The notes: a model not told the origin generated them from the letters alone. Positions 45,483-54,791 are shown, counted from the first letter of the stretch. The stretch is 64,000 nucleotides of DNA from Acidimicrobiia bacterium (GCA_040510135.1 JBEVJN010000050.1:33461-97460), one strand, 5' to 3'. Numbers and translations are program-made.

Positions 45483-46270
45483 CTGACCAACGCACCCTTG
45501 TCGACCGGATCGAGCGCTACTGGTTGGAAACCGGAGTGCCCCGGTCTGCGGTCACCGATATGCGGTCGGAGCTCGAACAACATCTCGCCCTGGCCGAGAA
45601 GGATGGCCGTAAGGTGAGCGATGTCGTGGGAGACGACCCTGCCGCGTTCGCCGAGAGTTGGGCGGCGGCATACAGGGTCCGTCGTCATTCGACCGCCACC
45701 TGGAGTCAGGTGCAAACAGGTGAGGCCGAGGTGACACGCAAGACCAGGAGAGACCTGATCTGGTTCGGAGTGGGCATTGGCGCGGTGGTCGCCGCCGTCG
45801 CCGTTGCCGGACAAGGAGGCAACGACGTGGACAATGAGGTCTGGCGGTGGTTGTGGACCATTTTCGCCGTCGTCATGGGGATCGGTGAGATCTTCACCGC
45901 CGGGTTCTTCCTCCTCCCCTTTGCCATCGGCGCCGGCGCGGCCGCCATCCTGGCCTGGGCCGGGGCGGCGGTGATCGCCCAGTGGCTGGTGTTCTTCGGG
46001 GTATCGGTCTTCGCTCTCGCCTATCTGCGCAGGTTCATCACTCGACAGGACGAGGGGGTCCAGCCACGGATCGGAGCGAACCGCTGGGTCGGGATGCAAG
46101 GAGTCGTCATCGATGACATCGATCCGATCAGCGGCGAGGGGATGGTCAAGGTGGAACTGCAGGAATGGAGGGCGATCGCCCCGCAGCCTGTGCCGGCGGG
46201 TCAGACGATCGTCGTCACCGACGTCCAGGGAGCCCGTCTCGTCGTCGAGCCTTTGGAGACCGAGTCGTGA
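45479..46270 (+). CDS. Fusion protein: PadR-associated helical sensor domain (DUF1700/HAAS-like) - TM region - NfeD OB-fold
   Basis: ATGA overlap with padR. The N-terminus VDRIERYWLETGVPRSAVTDMRSELEQHLALAEKDG resembles DUF1700. It has 3-4 hydrophobic spans and a C-terminal NfeD-like VGMQGVVIDDIDPISGEGMVKVELQEWRAI..VVVTDVQGARLVVEP. Confidence 0.8.
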   Translation: MTDQRTLVDRIERYWLETGVPRSAVTDMRSELEQHLALAEKDGRKVSDVVGDDPAAFAESWAAAYRVRRHSTATWSQVQTGEAEVTRKTRRDLIWFGVGIGAVVAAVAVAGQGGNDVDNEVWRWLWTIFAVVMGIGEIFTAGFFLLPFAIGAGAAAILAWAGAAVIAQWLVFFGVSVFALAYLRRFITRQDEGVQPRIGANRWVGMQGVVIDDIDPISGEGMVKVELQEWRAIAPQPVPAGQTIVVTDVQGARLVVEPLETES

Positions 46271-46304
46271 CGGAGCCAGGTAAGAGTCATCTGAAAGGAG
46301 AGAC

Positions 46305-47249
46305 ATGCAAGCTGTGATCGTCCTGTTCGCCGTGCTGGCGCTGGTGCTGATCCTCACCGCCGCCGCCGGGTTCAGAGTCGTCCGGCCCTTCGAGAAGGGG
46401 CTCATCGAGTTCCTCGGTCGCTACCAGCGGACGGTGGACTCGGGTCTGCGCTGGGTGATGCCCTTCGTGAAGAGGCTGACCAAGGTCGACATGCGGGAGC
46501 AGGTGGTCGATGTCCCCCCACAAGAGGTAATCACCAAGGACAACGTGGTGGTGACCGTCGATGCCGTCATCTATTACGAGGCGACCGACCCGGTGAAGCT
46601 GCAGTACAACGTGGGCAACTTCATCCTGGCCGCGACCAAGCTCGCCCAGACCAACCTGAGGAACGTGGTCGGTGACCTCGATCTCGATTCGGCCCTGACC
46701 TCCCGTGAGGTGATCAACGCCAAGCTCCGCCAGATCCTCGACGACGCCACCGACAAATGGGGCGTGCGCGTGGTCCGGGTCGAGCTCCAGCGGATCGAGC
46801 CGCCGGCCGACGTCACCGACGCCATGCACCGTCAGATGAAGGCAGAGCGCGATCGACGAGCCCAGGTCACCGAAGCCGAAGGGGCCAAGGCCGCCGCGGT
46901 GCTCAGGGCCGAGGGGATCCAGCAGAGCCAGATACTCGAGGCCACAGGTCAGGCCGAGGCGATCAAACGCGTGGCCGACGCCGAGCAGTATCAGTTGCTC
47001 ACGGTGGCGGAGGGCGAGGGGCAGGCCATCGAACGGGTCTACGGCGCCATCCACAACGGTGACCCGACGCCGGATCTGATCGCCATCCGCTACCTGGAGA
47101 CATTGGAGAAAGTGGCCGAGGGCCAGGCGACCAAGATCTTCTTGCCACTGGACACCGCTGGTGTGCTCGGCAGCGTCGCGGTCATCGGCGAGATGTTCAG
47201 GGAAGGAGCCGGCGGGCCCGGCCAGGCCCCCGAGTCACAGGGTCAATAG
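46305..47249 (+). CDS. SPFH/band-7 (stomatin-like) protein
   Basis: N-terminal anchor, then the SPFH core [33 protein letters not shown] and [10 protein letters not shown], followed by a coiled-coil tail. Confidence 0.93.
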   Translation: MQAVIVLFAVLALVLILTAAAGFRVVRPFEKGLIEFLGRYQRTVDSGLRWVMPFVKRLTKVDMREQVVDVPPQEVITKDNVVVTVDAVIYYEATDPVKLQYNVGNFILAATKLAQTNLRNVVGDLDLDSALTSREVINAKLRQILDDATDKWGVRVVRVELQRIEPPADVTDAMHRQMKAERDRRAQVTEAEGAKAAAVLRAEGIQQSQILEATGQAEAIKRVADAEQYQLLTVAEGEGQAIERVYGAIHNGDPTPDLIAIRYLETLEKVAEGQATKIFLPLDTAGVLGSVAVIGEMFREGAGGPGQAPESQGQ

Positions 47250-48257
47250 GGGTCGATCGAGAGCGCCGGCGATCCTCGCCACGGTCTCCATCGTGTCCGC
47301 GAAGCCGTCGAGGGTCAGGCTCTGCGGACCATCGCTCAGGGCCTCCTCTGGCCGATCGTGCACCTCTATCAGCAAGCCGTCTGCCCCTGCCGCCACGCCT
47401 GCCGCGGCGAGGCTCGGAACCAACGAGCGCTTCCCGGCCGCGTGGCTCGGGTCGACGATCACCGGCAGATGGGAACGCTCCTTGAGGACGGGCACCGCAC
47501 TGATGTCGAGGGTGCCCCGGGTGGCGGTCTCGAAGGACCGGATTCCTCGTTCGCAGAGCACGACGCGCGGGTTCCCAGCGCCGACGATGTACTCGGCGGC
47601 GAGAAGCATCTCCTCGATGGTCGACATCAGCCCCCTCTTCAGCAGAACCGGAGCGGGTTGCTCGCCAACGGCCGACAGGAGGCGGAAGTTCTGCATGTTC
47701 CTGCTTCCTACCTGGAGCATGTCGACATATCGGTTCATCAGGGCGATGTCCTCCGGGGCGACTACCTCGGAGACGACGCCGAGGCCGGTCTCGGTCCGGG
47801 CCCGGGCCAGCATCTCCAAGCCATCCTCCCCCAGCCCCTGGAAGCTGTACGGCGAGGTCCGGGGCTTGAAGGCACCGCCGCGCAGGAGAACGGCGCCCTC
47901 CTTGGCCACGGATCGGGCGATCGTCAGCAGTTGCTCCTCGGACTCCACCGAGCAGGGCCCCGCGATGACGGCAACACCCTTTCCCCCGATGACGACATCC
48001 CCCACCTTCACCGTGCTCGGCTCGGAGCGGGCCTCCCTGGCGACGAAGGGATAGCGCGGCGCGTCGAGGCTGACCGACTCGACACCTGGCAGGGTGCCGA
48101 TCGACTCGGCGATGCCGGGCTCTGGATCGCCGATGATGCTCACGATGGTGGTCGAGCCCGCCTCACCGACATGGACTCGAAGACCGTGACCCTCGATGAA
48201 GCGGAGGATCGCGGCCTTCTCCCCGAGTGTGCAGGCCGACGAAAGGGTGGCGATCAT
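47235..48257 (-). CDS. 3-deoxy-7-phosphoheptulonate (DAHP) synthase, type I-beta with an N-terminal ACT/ferredoxin-like domain
   Basis: [37 protein letters not shown] and DPSHAAG, preceded by a ~70-aa N-terminal regulatory-type domain. ATGA overlap with trpA. Confidence 0.93.
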   Translation of the reverse strand: MIATLSSACTLGEKAAILRFIEGHGLRVHVGEAGSTTIVSIIGDPEPGIAESIGTLPGVESVSLDAPRYPFVAREARSEPSTVKVGDVVIGGKGVAVIAGPCSVESEEQLLTIARSVAKEGAVLLRGGAFKPRTSPYSFQGLGEDGLEMLARARTETGLGVVSEVVAPEDIALMNRYVDMLQVGSRNMQNFRLLSAVGEQPAPVLLKRGLMSTIEEMLLAAEYIVGAGNPRVVLCERGIRSFETATRGTLDISAVPVLKERSHLPVIVDPSHAAGKRSLVPSLAAAGVAAGADGLLIEVHDRPEEALSDGPQSLTLDGFADTMETVARIAGALDRPLLTL

Positions 48258-49021
48258 TGGCGCAACTCTGCCACGAAAGCCACCGGGTCCCCACCAGAGG
48301 CCATGATTTCGACCAGCGCGCTGCCCACGATCACCCCGTCGCAGTGTGGGGCGAGGACCCGAACCTGTTCGGGGGAGCGAACACCGAAACCTGCGAGCAC
48401 CGGGGCCCTCGAAACCGCTCTCACCCGATCCAGGTATGCGGTGACTTCCGGTCCGGCGCCGACGCGGCCCCCGGTCGTGCCTGTCATCGTCACCGCGTAG
48501 GTGAAGCCCTCCGAGGCATTGCCCAGCGTTTCGAGACGATCTGGGCTGGTCACCGGGCTCACCAGCTGCACGAGGCCTATTCCATGCTCGCGAGAAACGG
48601 AGGCAAGCTCGTCCGACTCCTCCAGAGGCAGGTCCGGGACGATGAGGGCGGACACTCCAACCCCCGCCAGTCTGGGCAGGAGGGCCTCGTACCCGTAGGC
48701 CAGCAACGGGTTGAGATAGCTCATCACGACCAGATCCGAATCGAGTCGGCCGAGGCCTTCTATCGCGTCAATGACCGAATTGAGTGTGGTTCCATTCTCC
48801 AGAGCGACTCGGCTCGACTCCTGGATGGTGGCGCCGTCGGCCATAGGGTCGGAGAAGGGGATTCCTATCTCGACCGCGATCGACACTCCGGAAAGCGCCA
48901 GCAGCGCGTCGGCGAAGGTCGGCGACGATGGATAGCCGCCGGTCAGGTAGGGGACGATGGCGGCGTCGCCGCCGGCCAACCTCGTCTCGAGGGCTTGCGC
49001 TCCGGCTACGCCGGCGCTCAT
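48254..49021 (-). CDS. trpA: Tryptophan synthase alpha chain
   Basis: IVPYLTGGYPS, EIGIPFSDPMADG and GFGV. ATG 49021 overlaps the trpB stop (ATGA). Confidence 0.95.
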   Translation of the reverse strand: MSAGVAGAQALETRLAGGDAAIVPYLTGGYPSSPTFADALLALSGVSIAVEIGIPFSDPMADGATIQESSRVALENGTTLNSVIDAIEGLGRLDSDLVVMSYLNPLLAYGYEALLPRLAGVGVSALIVPDLPLEESDELASVSREHGIGLVQLVSPVTSPDRLETLGNASEGFTYAVTMTGTTGGRVGAGPEVTAYLDRVRAVSRAPVLAGFGVRSPEQVRVLAPHCDGVIVGSALVEIMASGGDPVAFVAELRQ

Positions 49022-50193
49022 CGGCTCAGTCCTCGAAGTATGTCGATGTCCTTGTCTCCACGGCCGGAGAGACCAACCAGGACAGTCGCGCCTGGGTGGG
49101 AGCCCAGCCACCTCCGCGCCCCGACGAGGGCATGGCTCGACTCGAGGGCAGGAAGAATCCCCTCGTGGCGCCCCAGCTCATACAGCGCTGACAGGGCCTC
49201 GTCGTCCGTGGCGCTCTCATATGTGACCCGCCCCGTCTCCGCCAACCACGAGTGCTCGGGGCCGACCCCCGGATAGTCCAGTCCAGCCGACACGGAGTGC
49301 GTCTCCTGGACCTGGCCGTCGTCGTCCTGCAAGAGGAAGGAGAAGCTCCCGTGGAGCACTCCCGGGGTCCCTCTCCCGATGGTGGCGGCGTTGTGGCCTA
49401 GCTCGGGCGATGTCCCTCCGGCCTCGACCCCGATCAGGTCGATCGGGTCCTCGAGAAGAGGATGAAACAGGCCGATTGCGTTGGAGCCTCCGCCGACGCA
49501 CGCCACGGCGGCATCGGGGAGAAGTCCGGCTCGCTCCAGCATCTGACGGCGAGCCTCGCGTCCGATGACCGATTGCAGCTCTCTCACCAGCCATGGGTAA
49601 GGGTGGGGACCGACAGCCGAGCCGAGGAGGTAGTAGGTGGTCTCGGGCCGCGTCACCCAGTCGCGCAGCGCCTCGTTGATCGCAGCACGCAGGGTGGCGT
49701 CCCCTGACGTCACCGGCTGGACCTTCGCTCCGAGAATCCGCATACGCTCGACATTCGGCGCCTGCCGTTCGATGTCCACCGAGCCCATGTAGACGGTGCA
49801 ATCCAGGCCGAGCCGGGCACAGGCGGCGGCGGTGGCCACGCCATGCTGACCCGCTCCGGTCTCGGCGATCACCCGCTCGGCACCCATCTCCCTGGCGAGG
49901 AGGGCTTGACCGATGGCGTTGTTGATCTTGTGCGCCCCGGTGTGGGCCAGGTCCTCGCGCTTCAACCACAACTCGCCACCCCAAACCTCGCCGAGGCGGA
50001 CAGCGTGGGTCAGTGCCGTCGGCCGGCCGACCCACGAGGACAGTTCCTCCTCATACATATTGAGGAAGCCGGGGTCATCGAGAAGCAGCCGGGATGTCTC
50101 CTCCAACCTGGTCAGGGCGGGCACCAGGATCTCAGGAACGTAGCGCCCCCCAAAGCGTCCGTAGCGGCCGGTCTCGTTGCGAGCAGTCGTCAC
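49018..50193 (-). CDS. trpB: Tryptophan synthase beta chain
   Basis: GRFGGRYVPE, LKREDLAHTGAHKINN and GGGSNAIG. GTG 50193 follows AGGAGG and overlaps the trpF stop (GTGA). Confidence 0.96.
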   Translation of the reverse strand: MTTARNETGRYGRFGGRYVPEILVPALTRLEETSRLLLDDPGFLNMYEEELSSWVGRPTALTHAVRLGEVWGGELWLKREDLAHTGAHKINNAIGQALLAREMGAERVIAETGAGQHGVATAAACARLGLDCTVYMGSVDIERQAPNVERMRILGAKVQPVTSGDATLRAAINEALRDWVTRPETTYYLLGSAVGPHPYPWLVRELQSVIGREARRQMLERAGLLPDAAVACVGGGSNAIGLFHPLLEDPIDLIGVEAGGTSPELGHNAATIGRGTPGVLHGSFSFLLQDDDGQVQETHSVSAGLDYPGVGPEHSWLAETGRVTYESATDDEALSALYELGRHEGILPALESSHALVGARRWLGSHPGATVLVGLSGRGDKDIDILRGLSR

Positions 50194-50810
50194 GCTGAGC
50201 CTCCTACACCCACGCTGCGCGCCGCCTCGACGAACGCGTGCATTCGCTTGGGATCCTTCTTGCCCGGAGCCTTCTCGATGCCCGAACTGACGTCGACGCC
50301 GAATGGCTTGACCAGGGAGACTGCATCCCCAACGTTCTCGGGGTCCAGGCCACCCGCCAGGATCAGACGACCGGGACTGCTGAGCCGTGCCAGCCTCTCC
50401 CACCTGGGGGTGAGACCTGTGCCGCCTCGCGCCGCCCGGTCCACCACGACCATCTCCCGGTCAGCCGAGCGCACCGCGATACCGAAGTCCCGATCGAGGG
50501 AATCTCCGTCGACGACGACCGGAAGCAGCTTGTCGGCTGAGATCCCAACCAGTGTCGACAGCTCAGACTGGAAGAGGTCGGGACCGATCTCTTCCTGTGC
50601 TCGTCGCAGCAGCTCGGGAGTCGGATCGTGGAAGACGGCCACTCCGAGAACCGATTCGGGCAGCCTTGCTTGCAGCCCGGCCGCAACCGACAGGGAGATC
50701 TGCCGGGCGGACGGGGTGAGGACGAGCCCGATGGCGTCGGCCCCCGCCTCGACGGCTGTGTCGAGATCCGCCTCGGTCGTGATCCCGCACAGTTTCACGA
50801 AGAGCCTCAT
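50190..50810 (-). CDS. trpF: Phosphoribosylanthranilate isomerase
   Basis: VKLCGITTEADL, ADAIGLV, LAGGLDPENV and GVDVSSGIE. Confidence 0.93.
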   Translation of the reverse strand: MRLFVKLCGITTEADLDTAVEAGADAIGLVLTPSARQISLSVAAGLQARLPESVLGVAVFHDPTPELLRRAQEEIGPDLFQSELSTLVGISADKLLPVVVDGDSLDRDFGIAVRSADREMVVVDRAARGGTGLTPRWERLARLSSPGRLILAGGLDPENVGDAVSLVKPFGVDVSSGIEKAPGKKDPKRMHAFVEAARSVGVGGSA

Positions 50811-51616
50811 GACGGCACGGTCACCCTTCGACGACCGGCATCCACCATCTCGCTTACCAGCAGAGCTGGATCGTCGGTTCTCATCAGCGCAGAGCCAACG
50901 AGGGCGGCGCGGTAACCGCAGCCGGCAACCCGCTCGACGTCTGCCGGCGCCGCGATGGCACTCTCGGCCACGGTCACGGCATCGCCGGGGATGTGTCCGG
51001 AGAGCGTGACGTGGCGTTCCGGTATGACCTCCAGGGTGTCGAGGTCCCGGCAGTTCACACCCGCGAGGAGGTTGCGTCGCCCGGCCATCACGTTGCGAAT
51101 CTGCTCCAGGTCATCCTCGTCGAAGGCTTCGAGAAGGGCGAAGATCCCGCTGTCGGAAACGGCATCGAGGATCCCGATCAGGGATTCCGTGCTGAGGATT
51201 CGGGCAATCACTAGCACCCCATCGGCTCCCGCCTCGCGTGCCTCGTACACCTGGATCGGGTCGACAAGGAAGTCTTTGGCCAGCACCGGGATCGACACAG
51301 CAGTGGCAACATCCCGCAGCATGTCGATAGACCCTCCGAACTCGGAAGGCTCGGTCAGCACCGAGATCATCCCGGCGCCACCGGCTTGATACGCCAGGGC
51401 GGTCTCCGCAGGGGAACGATTCGGGAAAAGACCCTCCGATGGCGAGCGAGGCTTGACCTCGGCAATTAGATCGAACAGGGCTCCGAAGCCCGACAACGGG
51501 AGCGGTTCAGGCCCGGCCAGCACCGACTCGCGGCGCAAGCGCAACGAGCGGTGTGCGGCAGCTTCTTCTGCTCGTCGGTGGGATCGAGCCACCATCGTGT
51601 CGAGGAACCTGCTCAA
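50807..51616 (-). CDS. trpC: Indole-3-glycerol phosphate synthase
   Basis: IAEVKPRSPS, ISVLTEP..FGGS, KDF and GVNCRDL. TTG start overlaps the trpD stop (TTGA). Confidence 0.93.
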   Translation of the reverse strand: MSRFLDTMVARSHRRAEEAAAHRSLRLRRESVLAGPEPLPLSGFGALFDLIAEVKPRSPSEGLFPNRSPAETALAYQAGGAGMISVLTEPSEFGGSIDMLRDVATAVSIPVLAKDFLVDPIQVYEAREAGADGVLVIARILSTESLIGILDAVSDSGIFALLEAFDEDDLEQIRNVMAGRRNLLAGVNCRDLDTLEVIPERHVTLSGHIPGDAVTVAESAIAAPADVERVAGCGYRAALVGSALMRTDDPALLVSEMVDAGRRRVTVPS

Positions 51617-52632
51617 CGTCCGGCCTCCGATGCCCCGAACTCCTCGAGAGCCTTCGCGAGACCGAGCGCCCTCCCGTCGTCGATTGCGGCGCGGGCCATC
51701 GCCACCGCCTGGTCCGGCTCGCGGGCGCGGCCGCTGACTTCCAGCGCCAGGGACGCCCCGAGAACGATTGCATCCCGATGAGGGCCATGCTCGCCTTCGA
51801 GTGCGTCGAGCAGGCGCCTGGCGTTGTGCTCCGGCGATCCTCCGGCCAGGTCATCCACCTCGCATCCGGCCATCCCGACGTCGGCCGGGTCACGGACCGA
51901 TTCCTCGATCGTGCCTGGCCTCACGTCGAAGAGGGTGAACTCACCCAGTGGCGACGGCTCGTCCCAACCCGCCGCCCCGTGGACGACGAACGCCCTCTCG
52001 ATGTCGAGACCCGAGAGAGCCCCGGCCATGAGCCTGGCCGCCGACGGGTCGAAAGCCCCGATCACCAGGTTGGGAGGCGCAGCCGGGTTGGTGAGCGGCC
52101 CCAGAATGTTGAACACGGTGCGTACCGCCAGGGCGCGGCGCACCGGGCCGACCGCCGCCATCGCAGGATGAAAGTAGGGGGCGAAAAGGAAGGTGAAGCC
52201 GGTGATCTCGAAGAGACGCCGCACCTGGCCCTCGTCCATGGGAATCGGCAGGCCAAGTGCCTCGAGCACATCAGCGCTCCCGCTCTGGCTGGTCATCGAG
52301 CGGTTCCCATGCTTGACAACCGGAACCCCGCTTGCCGCCGCCAGGATGGCCGACCCTGTGGAGAGATTCAGGCTCCCCGACCGGTCGCCACCGGTTCCTA
52401 CGACGTCGACGGCACCGGTGACGTCGACCTGGGGATCGGTGGCGAGCGCTCGCATCGCCCGAGCGAGGCCACGGACTTCCGCCGGCGTCTCCCCCTTCGC
52501 CCTGAGGGCGGCGAGAATGGCACCGGCGACTGCGCGATCGACGTCGCCGCCGGTCAGTTGGCGAAGGAGGTCCTCGGCCTGCTCTTCTGTCAGGTCGATG
52601 CCACGGAGCAGGTCCTCGAGAACCTGGCTCAT
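51613..52632 (-). CDS. trpD: Anthranilate phosphoribosyltransferase
   Basis: DVVGTGGDRSGSLNLST, VVKHGNRS and NILGPLTNP. ATG 52632 overlaps the trpG stop. The ORF extension to 53313 is rejected. Confidence 0.95.
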   Translation of the reverse strand: MSQVLEDLLRGIDLTEEQAEDLLRQLTGGDVDRAVAGAILAALRAKGETPAEVRGLARAMRALATDPQVDVTGAVDVVGTGGDRSGSLNLSTGSAILAAASGVPVVKHGNRSMTSQSGSADVLEALGLPIPMDEGQVRRLFEITGFTFLFAPYFHPAMAAVGPVRRALAVRTVFNILGPLTNPAAPPNLVIGAFDPSAARLMAGALSGLDIERAFVVHGAAGWDEPSPLGEFTLFDVRPGTIEESVRDPADVGMAGCEVDDLAGGSPEHNARRLLDALEGEHGPHRDAIVLGASLALEVSGRAREPDQAVAMARAAIDDGRALGLAKALEEFGASEAGR

Positions 52633-53210
52633 CGCTGACCCCCCAAATCGAGGAAGTTGCGCAGAAGCAGCTCGCCGTGCGGGGTGAGCATGCTCTCGGG
52701 ATGGAACTGCACACCTTCGACCGGCAACGACCGGTGACGGATCCCCATGATCACTCCATCGGAGGTGAACGAGGTAACTACTAGATCTGTCGGGAGATCG
52801 TCCTCCATCACCGCGAGGGAGTGATAGCGCCCCGCATCGAATGGGTTGGGCAGACCGGCATAGATCGACGCCGAGTCGTGATACACCGGTGACGACTTGC
52901 CATGTCTCAGCTCCATGGCGTGGTCGACGGTGCCGCCTAGGGCGGCGGCGATGGCCTGATGCCCGAGGCACACACCCAGGATCGGGACCACGTCGAGGAG
53001 TCCCGAGATCAGCTTCATCGACTCTCCGGCCGCCTCGGGACGCCCCGGGCCGGGCGAGACCACGAGGTGGGTGGGCTCGATATCCCGGGCCTCTTCGAGG
53101 CTCACGCCATCGTTGGTGCGGACCACCACGTCGGCGCCGAGAATCCGCAATGCCTGGACCAGGTTGTAGGTGAATGAGTCGTAGTTGTCGACGAGGAGCA
53201 CGCGGCTCAT
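52629..53210 (-). CDS. trpG: Anthranilate synthase component II (glutamine amidotransferase)
   Basis: VLLVDNYDSFTYNLVQ, GVCLGHQ and GVQFHPES. ATG 53210 overlaps the trpE stop. Confidence 0.95.
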   Translation of the reverse strand: MSRVLLVDNYDSFTYNLVQALRILGADVVVRTNDGVSLEEARDIEPTHLVVSPGPGRPEAAGESMKLISGLLDVVPILGVCLGHQAIAAALGGTVDHAMELRHGKSSPVYHDSASIYAGLPNPFDAGRYHSLAVMEDDLPTDLVVTSFTSDGVIMGIRHRSLPVEGVQFHPESMLTPHGELLLRNFLDLGGQR

Positions 53211-54583
53211 AGACCACCCGCCGCCGTCTCGAGGGCGCCACGCATCGCCCCGGACTTGGAGAGGACTTCCTCCCATTCGGCCGAGGGGACACTGTCGGCG
53301 ACGATGCCTGCACCTGCCTGGTACGCGTACCCGCCCTCGCTCATCACGATGGTGCGGATGGCGATCGCTTGATCCATCGTCCCGCCGTGCCCGAAATAGC
53401 CGACGGTCCCGGCATAGAGCCCCCGCGGAACCGGCTCGAGCTCCTGCAACAGCTCCAACGCCCGGATCTTCGGTGCTCCGACGACGGTGCCGGCGGGAAA
53501 CGCGGCTGCGAAGAGGTCGAAGGCATCGCTGCCCGCCTCCAGGATCCCGCTCACGCCGCTGACGAGATGGATCACGTGGCTGTATCGCTCGATGGCGCGG
53601 TACGGGTCGACCTTGATCGAACCGGGCACGGCCACCCGGCCCAGATCGTTGCGGGCCAGGTCCACCAGCATGACATGCTCGGCCGCCTCCTTGGCATCGC
53701 CGATCAGCTCTTCCTCGGCGATTCGATCCCTTTGCTCGTCGTTGTGACGGGGTCTCGTTCCGGCGATCGGACGCAGCTCGGCAGTCGCCCCTCGCAGCCG
53801 GACCAGCGCTTCTGGCGAGGATCCGATGACTTTGGTTTCGCCCAAGTCGCAGAAATACATGTAGGGCGAAGGATTGAGAAGGCGAAGCCCTCGATAGACA
53901 GTGAAGGGATCGAGATCCGTCTCACCGGTGAATCGGACCGAGGGCACGATCTGGTAGACGTCGCCCTCACCGATGTGATGACGCGCTCGCTCCACCACAT
54001 CCTCGTACTGCTGCTTGCCCATCGACCCGACGGGCGCCTCGTAGCTGCCGGCGCGGCTGGTTCCGGGCAATCCGCTCGCGAGCAACGTGATCACCTCACG
54101 CCGCAGGGCGAGGCGATCCGAATCGGGCCCGTCGTGGAGCAGGGCGGCGCGCCGGCTCAGGTGATCGAAGACGATGACACTTGGTGGCCCGTAGAGCTGG
54201 ACCTCTGGTTGCGGACTCGCAGGCGGGGCCCATCCGGCGAGACGATGCGCGACATCGAAGCCGATCGCCCCGACGAGCCCACCGTGGAACGGGATCGAGG
54301 TCGAGATCGGGCCTGGCACCGGCGCTTCCACCAGGATCTTGCGCAGCCCGTCCATGAGCCCTTGCATCGACCCGTCGGTTTCGATGCGGGTGGTCCCGGC
54401 CTGGATCGACCGCCCGTCACTGCGAACATCGAGGCCAGAGCCAAAGCCGATGAACGAGTAGCGCCCGACTTGGTCACCCTGCTCGACGCTCTCGAGAAGG
54501 AAGCGTGGGCCTAAGGGGGCGAGTTTGAGGTACACCGACGTAGGCGTGTCGAGGTCGGCCGGTATGTCGAAGATGGTGTTCAT
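53207..54583 (-). CDS. trpE: Anthranilate synthase component I
   Basis: LESVEQG, IAGTRPR, DLARNDLGRV, FPAGTVVGAPK and YAGTVGYF. ATG 54583 follows GGAGGA. Confidence 0.96.
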   Translation of the reverse strand: MNTIFDIPADLDTPTSVYLKLAPLGPRFLLESVEQGDQVGRYSFIGFGSGLDVRSDGRSIQAGTTRIETDGSMQGLMDGLRKILVEAPVPGPISTSIPFHGGLVGAIGFDVAHRLAGWAPPASPQPEVQLYGPPSVIVFDHLSRRAALLHDGPDSDRLALRREVITLLASGLPGTSRAGSYEAPVGSMGKQQYEDVVERARHHIGEGDVYQIVPSVRFTGETDLDPFTVYRGLRLLNPSPYMYFCDLGETKVIGSSPEALVRLRGATAELRPIAGTRPRHNDEQRDRIAEEELIGDAKEAAEHVMLVDLARNDLGRVAVPGSIKVDPYRAIERYSHVIHLVSGVSGILEAGSDAFDLFAAAFPAGTVVGAPKIRALELLQELEPVPRGLYAGTVGYFGHGGTMDQAIAIRTIVMSEGGYAYQAGAGIVADSVPSAEWEEVLSKSGAMRGALETAAGGL

Positions 54584-54614
54584 TGGGTCCTCCGCCGGTC
54601 CGGCGTCCGGGCTT

Positions 54615-54654
54615 CGAACGAGAAAACCCATCTGCCGGAGTCCGGAGATGGGTT
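54615..54654 (-). terminator. trp attenuator: terminator hairpin (9-bp outer stem AACCCAUCU/AGAUGGGUU plus inner CCGG pairs) followed by UUUUCUCGUU
   Basis: Read directly on the minus strand, 31 nt upstream of the trpE ATG and 22 nt downstream of the leader stop. An alternative antiterminator pairing is present. Confidence 0.75.
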
Positions 54655-54676
54655 CGCATGGATCAGAGAGCGTGAA

Positions 54677-54757
54677 CTATCCGACCGAAGCCACCTCCGG
54701 CGCGCGCCAAGCCCACCACCAGGTGCCTTCGGCAAGCGAGAGATTCCTTCGGCTCAT
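54677..54757 (-). CDS. trpL: trp leader peptide, 26 aa, MSRRNLSLAEGTWWWAWRAPEVASVG
   Basis: Hand-translated ATG..TAG. It has three consecutive TGG codons plus a fourth two codons later, immediately upstream of the terminator hairpin. Confidence 0.75.
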   Translation of the reverse strand: MSRRNLSLAEGTWWWAWRAPEVASVG

Positions 54758-54791
54758 CCTGCCGGAACGCTACGCCGGACCCGCCGATCCG

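Noticed and set aside
52633-53313. Extension of the trpD ORF across trpG, plus similar upstream extensions of trpA, trpB, trpE, DoxX, GNAT and SMP-30 ORFs.
   Set aside because: Internal starts restore canonical N-termini and give 4-nt coupled junctions. The extensions are low-complexity Arg/Pro sequence overlapping real genes.
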